Source: an uncultured Rivularia sp. (GTDB taxonomy: Bacteria > Cyanobacteriota > Cyanobacteriia > Cyanobacteriales > Nostocaceae). Taken from it: 64,000 nucleotides of DNA. Below the pieces are notes generated by a model. That model was not told where the DNA came from and did no database searches. It saw only the letters and a list, made by a program, of their open reading frames with translations. Of the stretch, positions 10,901-20,611 are shown piece by piece. The translations under genes were made by a program, and so were the position numbers. The stretch is taken from assembly GCA_963665115.1 (NCBI GenBank), contig OY762007.1, positions 2,080,001 to 2,144,000 on the forward strand, given 5' to 3'. How positions within the stretch are numbered: the stretch's first letter is position 1; each line of letters starts with the position of its first letter.

Positions 10901-12277
10901 TTACCAATTTTTCATCAAACATTCGGCAATTCGTTTTGCTGCACCAGGTTTACCCATGCGTCGTGCGCCGTTTTTGGCTATTGCGTGCAGTCTATCAGGG
11001 TTTGCAAAAAGGCTTTTGATTTCAGAAGCTACATCGGTAGGTTGTTCGACTAAGATCGCTGAGGAGCCTAAAAGACGGGTTTGGGCTTCGGCGAATGCAA
11101 AAGTAAATTGAGGTCCCTTTCCGGGTACGATAAATGCTGGTTTGCCCAAGCCTATAAACTGTTCGGTGGCTGTACCTGCCATCGCGATCGCAATGTCTCC
11201 CAAGTGCAAGCAGTCGTTATAAGCAGTTTGAGTCAAAATCATGTATGCATTTTTTTGCTCAAACGTCAATGCTTGGTCGTCGGGAATTTTCATGGGTGAT
11301 TCTTGGTTGGGTACAATATTCCAGCCTTGATTTTTGAGGGTTTTGGCTAAAATATCGCAGTCTAAACCGGGGGCAATACCTGCTAAGAATACAAGATTGC
11401 CGGAAGTATGTCCGCTGAAATCTTGTTGGTGGAAGAGTGATATTAATCCAGAAACTGCAACTGTAATTTTTTCCCAATTTTCGTAAGCTTCTGGAGTGCG
11501 GGAACCGGGTAACAAGGTGACTGCTAAAGGACGCTCTAATTCTTGTTTTCGGGTATCGGTAGTATAAAATTTTTGTAAAGGAAAGCTGGGATCTAAGCCA
11601 TCCATCATTGGATTACCAAGATCGAAAGCGGGAATTTTCCACTGTTTTAATATTTCTGTGGTTAAAGAATCTCTCGGAAATACAGCTTTGCAACGGCTGC
11701 GACTCATTAACCATCTTTCCCAAGGTAGGTAATCTGAACCACTCCAGCCTTCCCAACGTTCGGCTTTAGTTTTTCTTTTGAGCCATCCAGTTTCATCTCG
11801 CAGATAGTATTCCGATTTAGCCGTACCAACAAAAGCATATTCAGAACCGCTCAACCAAGCGAACAATAACGGTACGATATCCCCTACAGCCAAAATTTTT
11901 GTGGAATAGCCAGATTTCTGTTGAGTTTTTACCCAGCGACGCACGGCTTTTAGTTGATTAATAGTTAGTTGCAGCAAACCGCCACGAACATCTCTGGCTA
12001 ATTGCCGACTGTCCATGTATATAAAACCACCGCTCGGCATCGAACGTACTGAAGCAATTACGGGAATATTTAGCTGTGCGTAGGCACGCCCTTCACCCAC
12101 CAAAGGTAAAGCGAAGATTTCCGGTGCGGAGGTTTGCTGTTGCAATTCCCGTAAAATCCGGACTGCGATCGCATCTTCCCCATGCCCGTTGCTTAAGGCT
12201 AATAAGCGTAAATTAGAAGTCGTGGCTTGTGTTTTTTCAGTAAAGGGAAGAGGTAATATTTCACTCATGAGAAACAA
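10901..12277 (-). CDS. Lipid-A-disaccharide synthase (LpxB)-related protein, cyanobacterial type
   Basis: Motifs LSNGHGED, GNPMMD, LLPGSR and AMAGTATEQ. Confidence 0.85.
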   Translation of the reverse strand: MFLMSEILPLPFTEKTQATTSNLRLLALSNGHGEDAIAVRILRELQQQTSAPEIFALPLVGEGRAYAQLNIPVIASVRSMPSGGFIYMDSRQLARDVRGGLLQLTINQLKAVRRWVKTQQKSGYSTKILAVGDIVPLLFAWLSGSEYAFVGTAKSEYYLRDETGWLKRKTKAERWEGWSGSDYLPWERWLMSRSRCKAVFPRDSLTTEILKQWKIPAFDLGNPMMDGLDPSFPLQKFYTTDTRKQELERPLAVTLLPGSRTPEAYENWEKITVAVSGLISLFHQQDFSGHTSGNLVFLAGIAPGLDCDILAKTLKNQGWNIVPNQESPMKIPDDQALTFEQKNAYMILTQTAYNDCLHLGDIAIAMAGTATEQFIGLGKPAFIVPGKGPQFTFAFAEAQTRLLGSSAILVEQPTDVASEIKSLFANPDRLHAIAKNGARRMGKPGAAKRIAECLMKNW

Positions 12278-12433
12278 AAATTTTTGATTAGCTGTCTCAA
12301 AAGGTAAGAGGGATATATAAAGTTATAAAAAAACCGAAGAAATTGGAAGTTAGTATTATCCCCGTTGGCGAACCCAATCATCAAAACTCATTATCAAAAT
12401 ACACACTAACTTCAGTTCTTCAGGCTAAATATT

Positions 12434-14575
12434 ATGCGAATTTCTTCTGCTGCTATTTTGACTTTAGCTGCGTTAGCGGCTAGCAATGTTGATAACCAGG
12501 CTACTGCTGCAACCGATTCGACTCCTGTTTCCGACAAGGAAAAAGGTAAAAGCGTCGTCATTCCGGTAGTTGAGGATACCCCTGCACCAATACAAGCTAT
12601 TGCTCAACCAGAAACTTTAGCAGTCGGGCAGTTTTCATCAGTTACCAGTGACCAGTCACCAGTTATCAATGAACAATTATCAGTTAACAATAATCAGGTA
12701 AAGGTTAAAAAGCAAGAAAAAGAAAAAGAAAAAGAACAACAAACACAAATAGTAATTAAAAATTCTTCCTCTCCCAATCCCCCAATCTCCCCCTCTCCTC
12801 CTCTCCCTCCTTCACAAATTCCTGTAAAAACCAATAGTGATTTTGTAGTTCCTGCTAGTAGCGTGCGAATAGTAGGGGTGACTCCGGAGTTACAGGAAGT
12901 TATCAAAGGTGTAATCAAAACTCAACAGGGAGGCGATACCAGTCAAACTCAGTTAAAACAAGATGTTGCGGCGATTTCGGAGACTGGTTTATTTGCTGGA
13001 GCTACTGTCAACAGCCGCAGTGACGAGCAGGGTTTGAGCGTGGTATATCAGGTAAAACCCTTAGTTGTGCGATCGCTGCAACTGTCTAATGCGAAAGCTC
13101 TTTCTTACCAGGTTGCTCAAAAAGTATTTGCTACGCAAATTGGCAAGCCCATTAGTCCGGTTGCGATGAAAAAAGCGGTAGAAGATATTAATAAGTGGTA
13201 TGCCGAAAATAATTATAGTTTGGCACGGATAACTTCAATCAAACCCAACCGTCAGGGGGTATTAGATGTAAGTGTTGCCGAAGGTTTGATCGAAAATGTT
13301 AAATTCCGTTTTGTTAACGATGATAATAAGACTGTTAATAAAAAAGGTAGACCAATTGCAGGGCGTACTCAAACTGAGTTTTTGGAAAAGCAAATAAAGC
13401 TGAAATCCGGTCAAATATTCCAAGATAGCCTGGTTAGACAGGACATACAGCGGTTGTATGCTACTGGATTATTTGAAAGAGTAAATTTGAAAGTTGAAGG
13501 CGATGCTAACAAACTTGATGTAGTTTACTACATTAAGGAAACTGGAACGCGGTCTGTAAATGTAGGTGGTAATTACAGTGCCGACCAAGGAATTGTAGGT
13601 ACTGTAAACTACAACGACAAAAATGTTGGTGGTGTCAACGAAAATTTAAACGTTAATCTCCAAGTTTCTCGGCGCGATTTAAACTTTGATACTAGATTTA
13701 CCAGCCCTTATCGAGCTACTAACCCCGATAACTACGGTTACAGTATTAATGCTTTTCGCAAACGTCAACTTTCGAGTACTTTCGATAACGATATCAAGCT
13801 CGCAAACGGCGATAAAGTCAGGGAAGGAAAATTTGGTGGTAGTGTAAGCCTTCAACGTCCGATTGACGGATGGAATACCAGTTTGGGATTTAACTACACC
13901 CGCGTTAGTATCAGCGACAGCAAAGGAAAAGTTACTGCAAATGATGCTCAAAATAATCCTTTGACTAAAAGCGGTACGGGTATTGATGATTTAGCTACTG
14001 TATCTCTAAATGCCGTTAAAGATCGTCGCGATAATCCCTTTAACCCCACCAAAGGTTCTGTCCTCAAGTTAAGTACGGAACAATCGCTTCCCTTCGGACA
14101 AGGGGAAATATCAATGAACCGTGTAAAGGCTGATTATACACAGTTTGTACCAGTAGAATTATTTAAATCTTCTAAAAATCAAGTATTTGCCTTTAACGTT
14201 CAAGCAGGTACGGTAATCGGGGATTTACCACCTTATGAAACTTTTGATTTAGGCGGTTCTAATTCGGTTCGCGGTTACGGGGCTGGTGATGTTGGTAACG
14301 GTCGTTCTTACGTATTAGCTTCAGCAGAATATCGCTTTCCTCTCCCAGTCTTAGATTCATTAGGAGGGGTACTATTCGCTGACTTTGCTACAGATTTGGG
14401 TTCCGGGGATACGGTAATAGGAGATCCTGCTGGAGTACGCGGTAAACCTGGTGAAGGATTTGGATATGGTGCTGGAGTACGTCTAAATTCACCTTTAGGT
14501 TTAATTCGTGCCGACTACGGTATTAATAATCAAGGTGATACTAAAGTACATTTTGGTATTGGTCAGCGGTTTTGA
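12434..14575 (+). CDS. BamA/TamA (Omp85) family outer membrane protein
   Basis: Signal peptide, POTRA-like region, GGSNSVRGY, SPLGLIRADY and C-terminal FGIGQRF. Confidence 0.92.
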   Translation: MRISSAAILTLAALAASNVDNQATAATDSTPVSDKEKGKSVVIPVVEDTPAPIQAIAQPETLAVGQFSSVTSDQSPVINEQLSVNNNQVKVKKQEKEKEKEQQTQIVIKNSSSPNPPISPSPPLPPSQIPVKTNSDFVVPASSVRIVGVTPELQEVIKGVIKTQQGGDTSQTQLKQDVAAISETGLFAGATVNSRSDEQGLSVVYQVKPLVVRSLQLSNAKALSYQVAQKVFATQIGKPISPVAMKKAVEDINKWYAENNYSLARITSIKPNRQGVLDVSVAEGLIENVKFRFVNDDNKTVNKKGRPIAGRTQTEFLEKQIKLKSGQIFQDSLVRQDIQRLYATGLFERVNLKVEGDANKLDVVYYIKETGTRSVNVGGNYSADQGIVGTVNYNDKNVGGVNENLNVNLQVSRRDLNFDTRFTSPYRATNPDNYGYSINAFRKRQLSSTFDNDIKLANGDKVREGKFGGSVSLQRPIDGWNTSLGFNYTRVSISDSKGKVTANDAQNNPLTKSGTGIDDLATVSLNAVKDRRDNPFNPTKGSVLKLSTEQSLPFGQGEISMNRVKADYTQFVPVELFKSSKNQVFAFNVQAGTVIGDLPPYETFDLGGSNSVRGYGAGDVGNGRSYVLASAEYRFPLPVLDSLGGVLFADFATDLGSGDTVIGDPAGVRGKPGEGFGYGAGVRLNSPLGLIRADYGINNQGDTKVHFGIGQRF

Positions 14576-14601
14576 CAGTGAGCGGTGAGCAGTGAGCAGT
14601 T

Positions 14602-14675
14602 GTAGAGACGCGATAGCGCTTAACGGAGCGTACTGTAGGTATTGCGTCGTGCCCATAGGGCATTATATCGCGTCT
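14602..14675. repeat. REP-like palindrome carrying an internal insertion
   Basis: Arms GTAGAGACGCGATA and TATCGCGTCT are separated by ~50 bp of extra GC-rich sequence. Confidence 0.6.
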
Positions 14676-15119
14676 TATCACTCTGCATTCTGTGGTAGTT
14701 CAAAATTTTACGATCGAGGAACGTCCGGGAAATTAGACTTTCTAACCTAAAAATGGTATAATATTGCTCTAAATTTGATTTGTCTTTTATTTAATTATAA
14801 AATTAGCTAATATCTACTTAGATCCGCATATCAGCAATTGATGGACTATTAGTTATAGTTAACTAAATCGGGGTAAATATTTTTATTATTTAAGTGGTAT
14901 TTTCTACTGCTGGTTACTTATACTTGCCAAAAAATAGAATATTAAAGTTTAATATGCAATTAGAAAAAGCAATAAATTAAAACAAACTAGATTTCTGTAG
15001 TATTTTTTACTATTTTTCAGCTTTAGTTTTCAAATTATCTAAGTAACGAGCTAGTCCTAGTTTAAAATTGGTAATTAGATTGCCCGTGCCCAATTGTTAA
15101 ATCCCAAAGTTAAATCACT

Positions 15120-16827
15120 ATGCTAACTGGTAAAACCTTACAGGGTGGTAAATATACTATCAACCAGGAAATTGGAAGGGGTGGTTTTGGTATTACCTAC
15201 AAAGCAACTCATCATTTCCTACATCAGGAAGTGGTGATTAAAACCCTTAACCATAAACTCCAAAAGCATCCGGATTTCGCTAAATTTGAAAGTCAATTCC
15301 AGGATGAGGCTAGAAGACTTGCTAGTTGCGTTCATCCTAATATTGTGCGAGTCAGCGACTTCTTTGTAGAAGCTGATTTTCCTTATATGGTGATGGAATA
15401 TATTCCTGGTGAAACCTTGGGTGAAGCATTTGTGATGCCGGGAATATCTTTACCCGAAGATCAAGCAATTCATTATATTCGTCAAGTTGGTGCGGCTTTA
15501 GGAGCAGTACATCAAAAAGGTTTACTGCACCGGGATATCAAGCCAGATAATATTATTCTTCGTCAAAACACTAACGAAGTAATTTTAATTGATTTTGGTA
15601 TTGCGCGGGAATTTAACACTGGGGTAAAACAAGCCCATACCGGAATGGTTTCTGAAGGCTATTCTCCAATGGAACAATACCTGACAAACGCAAAGCGATC
15701 GCCAGCTACTGATGTATACGGTTTGGCATCTACGCTGTACGCATTGTTAACCGGGCAAGTACCAATGCCGGTATTGTTGCGCGATAAAGAAAAAATGCCC
15801 TCTCCTCGCGAATTGCAGCCGCATTTGAGTGCTGCGGTGAATCAAGCGGTAATGCGCGGAATGGCTGTAGAAGCGCGTTTTCGTCCGCAGACGATAGTAG
15901 ATTGGTTGGATTCATTACCTGAAATCGGAAGAAGAACTGTAATTCAACCAGTATCGACTCATGCAGTACCAACTATTGATTTATCTACCCAGGAATACGA
16001 GCCACCTTTACCACCACCGGCTGTAGCCGTAGTAAATCCTGATATACCATCTGCGCGAGTAAATCCAGATGAAGCAACTACCCACGCACAAAAACCTTGG
16101 TTTAAGAAAGTACCTTCACCTAGAGTTTTGATTAGTACTGGTGTCGCAATTTTTGGGGTTACATTGGGTTTTGGCCTTACTAAGATTGCTTCTACTGCCG
16201 AAAAACAGCCAAAAGTGGCACCAATTAATGAAACAGCCGCCGAAATACTACCTAGTATAGAATTAACTCCTTCGCCTTCATTTTCACCTTTACCTTCACC
16301 GCAAGAAACAGAAGATGCGAAAGTTGAGGAAACACCTTCAAGCACAACAGCTACAAAGCAAAGAAGGATTAGAAAGAGAAACTAGAACCAAATCAGCAGC
16401 AAGTTATACTCCTAAACGCCGTAGACGCAGCAGTAATACTTCGAGAAGTAGATCAACTCGTAAAAAATCATCTTCACCTTCTAGGGTGATTAAGAAGAAA
16501 TCTACTTCAACTTCAAGTCAATCAACAAAAGGCAACTCATCGAATAACAACAATAGTTCTTCAGGAGCATCGCAAACACAGCGTAGTAACAGCACTAAAC
16601 CTAAAACAACTTCTACTCCACCCAAAAAAATAGTTCCTTCACCATCTTTAGTAGAAAGACTCAGAAAAGTCAGAGATTCTCGTAATGATAGTTCATCTTC
16701 TAAAAATAGCGTCAAATTGAAACCCGTTAAGAAGCCTAGTAAACCCGTGGTGATACCAGTAACACCAGCAAAACAATCAAAAAATTCCAATCCTCCAGCA
16801 GTGGTAGTACCAACTAATCAGGAGTAG
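15120..16827 (+). CDS. Ser/Thr protein kinase with TM helix and basic low-complexity tail; apparent +1 frameshift at ~16379-16381
   Basis: Motifs [14 protein letters not shown] and DFG. Removing one A joins RIRKR to TRTKSAAS, giving ~568 aa. Confidence 0.88.
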
Positions 16828-17021
16828 AGAGTAGGGAGTAGGGAGTAGAGAGTAGGGAGTAGGAAGTAGAGAGTAGGGAGTAGAGAGTAGGGAGTAGAGA
16901 GTAGAGAGTGGGGAGTAGGGAGTAGGAAGTAGGGAGTAGGAAGTAGAGAGTAGGGAGTAGGAAGTAGAGAGTAGGGGGAGAAGAAATTACATTGTTTCCC
17001 TATTCCCCATTCCCCATTCCC
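16820..17021. repeat. STRR heptamer tandem repeats
   Basis: About 22 units of G(G/A)GAGTA-type heptamers, followed by CCCCATT units. Confidence 0.95.
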
Positions 17022-17101
17022 TCTTTTGCAACTATTTAATGCCACGTAGTAAGTACGGAGCCAAGCTATTATTTTTGAGTTTTCATTTCAACTTATTCTT
17101 C

Positions 17102-18073
17102 CTACTCGCTACTCCCTACAGCTTTAGAAATAGCGAGTTTTTTTTCGATTTGCTCTATTGCAGCTTGCCAAACTTCATACCCGTTTAAACTTAAGTGCAA
17201 GCCATCGGTAGTTAATTCTTGTCGTAAATCGCCTTTAAAATCAGTGAACCATTTATGAATATTTACGTAATTAACTCCTTCTTCTTTGGCGATACGTGCT
17301 AATTGCCCGTTGAGGTTGCGAATGCGGGTGTTAGGAATTTTTGGGCGACGAGTTGGTAATATTGACTGAATAATAATATGACTATTAGGATGAGTAATCT
17401 TCAAACGACGAACAATCCGACGATGATTGCTCAAAATTATTTTATCTGACGTACCTTTTCTTAAGTCGTTTACTCCAGCCATGAGATAAATTGCTTCTGG
17501 CTTTGTCGCAGAGAATGCAGATAGTCTTGTAAGTATTCCAGTGGAAGTATCGCCTGAGATGCCTTGATTTAACCATAACTTTCCATTGGGAAGTCCATTC
17601 GTCGGAAACCATAAACTCAAAGAATCGCCTAGCATAATACTCAAACGATTCTTTCCTTGCCCTTTAGTCATTGCTCTAGCTTCTAAGGCTAACAATCTTT
17701 TCCAGTCTTGATATGTTAATTTAGGCTTTCTTCTAGTAATTAGCAGCGATTGCACTTTATCGTTAGCCAAGCGGGTATAAATATAACCTGCTTTTAGAGC
17801 AGCTAATCTTTCGTAATAAAGTTGGCTTCCAGAAATTAATCTTCTTCTTACAGGTTGAGGAGGATTATAAGAAGATTGTGCTGGTGTTGAAAAGCTTTGA
17901 GGTATAGAGTCAGATGCAGAAGCTGCATCTTCAAGTTTTTTTTGCCAACCATTTTTCCGATTTAACAAAGGCTGATAGTGTTCCGGTTTGAGCGCTGATA
18001 GCCGTGGTAAAGCCGATGTCGGCACCGTCAATCCGATTAACAAGCTTGCTGCCAGTAAATAAAAATCTCTCAT
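17102..18073 (-). CDS. SGNH/GDSL hydrolase
   Basis: Blocks LGDSL, NQGISGD, GVND and DGLH. Confidence 0.9.
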   Translation of the reverse strand: MRDFYLLAASLLIGLTVPTSALPRLSALKPEHYQPLLNRKNGWQKKLEDAASASDSIPQSFSTPAQSSYNPPQPVRRRLISGSQLYYERLAALKAGYIYTRLANDKVQSLLITRRKPKLTYQDWKRLLALEARAMTKGQGKNRLSIMLGDSLSLWFPTNGLPNGKLWLNQGISGDTSTGILTRLSAFSATKPEAIYLMAGVNDLRKGTSDKIILSNHRRIVRRLKITHPNSHIIIQSILPTRRPKIPNTRIRNLNGQLARIAKEEGVNYVNIHKWFTDFKGDLRQELTTDGLHLSLNGYEVWQAAIEQIEKKLAISKAVGSSE

Positions 18074-18492
18074 ATTATTTTTTCTTTCCTCCCTGCTTAC
18101 TCAAATAACGGCATTAGCTTGCTGAATTGACGAAAAATAGCAATGAAAGCTAATTTATTACATTTATCATTTTCAAATACATCTTATAGAGATGTAAAGC
18201 GACTTTTTACTGGATTTATTAAATTCTCTGCAAAGAAATTTCGGTATACTCGGAGACTTGATAAAGTTTTTACAATTAAGTACTAAAATTCAGCAAATCT
18301 ACATAAGTATATCCACAAGTATTTTAGCTTTGCTTGAAAAATAGTCATAAAAAAGCGCAGTCACCTTAACTGCGAATTAATACAGAACTTATTTAAGCTC
18401 ATTTTTGTAAACCTCATGTCAAAATAATTCAAAAAGTGGTCACTGACGGGACAAGCTACGTTAAGGTAATTTATACGTGAGTATTGTAATAT

Positions 18493-19410
18493 TTACTTAA
18501 TTTCGCTATCGTCGAATCTATACTTGCTTCCTATCAGATAATTTTCATTAATTTCAAAAGACATCCAACGGCGTTGTAAAGTTTCCGCGACAAAACCTGT
18601 TGTATTAGAACCTGCAAAGGGATCTAATACAATATCACTCTCGTCTGTCAAAAATCTAATGAAGAACTCCGCAAAACCACGGGGAAAACGTGCTGGATGA
18701 GGTTTGATTCCCGCTTGTTTGCAGTGTCGCATATAAGCACTGTTTGATTCGGTGTTAGCAATTTCTAGCAAATTTGGTGGAATTGCCCCTTTATTATCTT
18801 TCTGAAATTTATCAGAAATATCGTGTCCGCTGGGACGTAATTTTGCTTTATAACCTTTTTCAAGCAAATTTTTCATGCTTTTGCTGTAAGGCTTCAAAAC
18901 TTTTCGGTTATCGGCTTTGGGATGAGGCGTTTTCGACAACCACCAAACTGAATTAACAGAATCTTTCACTCGTATACGTCTAATAGTTACCCATTCAGCA
19001 GGAGTAGGTAATCTGGAAGGATTGTAATGATAAAATTCTTGAGCAAGATAAAAGCCAACTTCCTTACACAGTTTGACTAAAAGCTCGTATTGGTAAATAC
19101 TGCGAATCGGATTACCGGGAAGATAAGTGCCGCCCAAATCTAATACGAAAGAGCCATTTTCTGCAAGCACTCTTTTAAATTGATCGGCAAAAGGTAAAAA
19201 CCATTCTATATATTTATCCGCGCTTTCGTTGCCGTATTCTTTTTTGCGAGTTAGCGCGAATGGTGGGGAAGTAAGAATTAAATTTATACTGTTTTCTGGG
19301 ATTGATTTTGTTAATTCTAAGCTGTCTCCTAAGTAGGTAGCGCCATTTTTTGTGGAGTAGTAGGGGGGGAGTTGGGTTAAGTTTGGGGGATTGTTTTTTT
19401 GGGGTTTCAA
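18493..19410 (-). CDS. Orphan beta-class N4-cytosine DNA methyltransferase, M.PvuII-like
   Basis: Catalytic TSPPF motif precedes SAM-binding DPFAGSNTTG; RPSGHDI and HPARFP blocks match M.PvuII as I recall it. TTG at 19410 chosen because the ATG at 19458 lies inside a REP. Confidence 0.88.
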   Translation of the reverse strand: MKPQKNNPPNLTQLPPYYSTKNGATYLGDSLELTKSIPENSINLILTSPPFALTRKKEYGNESADKYIEWFLPFADQFKRVLAENGSFVLDLGGTYLPGNPIRSIYQYELLVKLCKEVGFYLAQEFYHYNPSRLPTPAEWVTIRRIRVKDSVNSVWWLSKTPHPKADNRKVLKPYSKSMKNLLEKGYKAKLRPSGHDISDKFQKDNKGAIPPNLLEIANTESNSAYMRHCKQAGIKPHPARFPRGFAEFFIRFLTDESDIVLDPFAGSNTTGFVAETLQRRWMSFEINENYLIGSKYRFDDSEIK

Positions 19411-19438
19411 GTGGTGGTTTTTTCTTTGTAATTTGATT

Positions 19439-19468
19439 GGACGGGCAGGGATGCCCATCCCACAAGAG
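19439..19468. repeat. REP (family A) downstream of RAYT
   Basis: GGACGGGCAGGGATGCCCATCCCACAAGAG; reverse complement reads GTGG followed by a hairpin. Confidence 0.9.
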
Positions 19469-19561
19469 TTTTATAATTTTGATTTTTAGTTATCTAGATA
19501 ATTTTATAGGTAGAGAGCTTACTACACAAGAAGATTATTTGAAAAAATCTGAATTATAAAA

Positions 19562-20032
19562 TTATTCTGATAACTGCCATAAAAAAGGATATTCTTCTGG
19601 CATCTTAGAAAGAGCTGCTTTCACTGGATTTTGTCTAATGTATTTCCAATAGTAACCAAACTCTTGCTCGTTTCTCACAATATGGTCGTGTCGTTCATCT
19701 TGCCATACCGTTCCTATATGTTTCATTACTTTAGGAATTTGATTGGCACTATAACTTTTAATGCTATGAAGTATACTACTGAGCAACCAAAATTCTTTTT
19801 CTGATTTAGGTAAAGGTTTTATTAATATATGTACGTGGTCTACCATTACAACTAAAACAAATATTTTATATCTTTTCTTATTAAAGAATAAGCAACTGTC
19901 AAATACAACTTGTCTCGCTTCTGGAGTAAGTTCTAATTTTTCCCAAGTATTAAAAGTAATAAAATAAGTAGAACCTTCTAATTCCCAGTGAGGTAATCGT
20001 CTTTGGGAGGTTGTAAATTTTGGTTTTTGCAT
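19562..20032 (-). CDS. REP-associated tyrosine transposase (RAYT, HUH Y1)
   Basis: Motifs RRLPHW, YFITF, VMVDHVH (HUH), WQDERHDHIVR and YIRQNPVKA (catalytic Tyr). Likely start MQKPKF at 20032; flanked by REPs. Confidence 0.92.
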   Translation of the reverse strand: MQKPKFTTSQRRLPHWELEGSTYFITFNTWEKLELTPEARQVVFDSCLFFNKKRYKIFVLVVMVDHVHILIKPLPKSEKEFWLLSSILHSIKSYSANQIPKVMKHIGTVWQDERHDHIVRNEQEFGYYWKYIRQNPVKAALSKMPEEYPFLWQLSE

Positions 20033-20061
20033 TTGATTTAAAAAAATATTAAAGTAGGTTT

Positions 20062-20135
20062 GGGCGGGCAGGGATGCCCCGCAGTCGCTACAAATCTGGG
20101 AACCAGAGCAACGCGCTGTTCTCCACCCCACAAGA
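20062..20135. repeat. REP family A copy interrupted by a 45-bp small dispersed repeat
   Basis: GGGCAGGGATGCCC | CGCAGTCGCTACAAATCTGGGAACCAGAGCAACGCGCTGTTCTCC | ACCCCACAAGA. Confidence 0.85.
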
Positions 20136-20248
20136 ATTTGAGGATATAAGCTTCTGGTTTTATTTAAATCAATTTTATTCAGTAAATTTTGGTTTGTCTT
20201 GTGGATGAAACTTTTTCTGATGCACATCTCACAAGAAATAAGAAAATA

Positions 20249-20476
20249 TTGACTGCTGCTAATCTTAGTTATGCCTTTTTAGATGGGGCTAATCTTAAAG
20301 GTGCTAATTTAGAGAGTGCCAACATTTATGAAGTTTCCGTTGTGGGAACTAACTTTGAAAATGCCAACCTGCGAGGAACTGTTGGTTTCTTTGGTGAGGC
20401 TCTTGGATCTTTCTATCACAATACTATTATGCGTAACGGTGGTATTTGTACTCAACCGTATACGGAAGAATATTGA
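20249..20476 (+). pseudogene. Truncated pentapeptide repeat gene fragment
   Basis: ANLSYAFLDGANLKGANLES repeats with no convincing N-terminus; lies between REPs. Confidence 0.55.
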
Positions 20477-20480
20477 TTAT

Positions 20481-20509
20481 CTCTTGTGGGGTGGGCATCC
20501 CTGCCCGCC
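20481..20509. repeat. REP family A
   Basis: CTCTTGTGGGGTGGGCATCCCTGCCCGCC. Confidence 0.9.
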
Positions 20510-20548
20510 ATTTATTTCTATTCATTCCCAACCCCCAATTCCATACAA

Positions 20549-20580
20549 AAAATCCCCCACCTTTCGATGAGGGATTTTTT
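20549..20580 (-). terminator. Probable intrinsic terminator of psaAB
   Basis: AAAATCCC...GGGATTTT hairpin with A/T tracts ~30 bp after the psaB stop. Confidence 0.6.
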
Positions 20581-20611
20581 GTTTTTAACAAGTTACTTAC
20601 TTCGTTAAAGG

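Noticed and set aside
16818..17045. ORF-track 75-aa protein of YSLLPTP repeats (also 50747-50941)
   Set aside because: Translations of non-coding STRR heptamer tracts.
20033..20227. ORF-track N-terminal extension of RAYT with apparent Cys motif (CSGSQICSDC)
   Set aside because: It is translation through the REP and the 45-bp insert; the true start is likely 20032.
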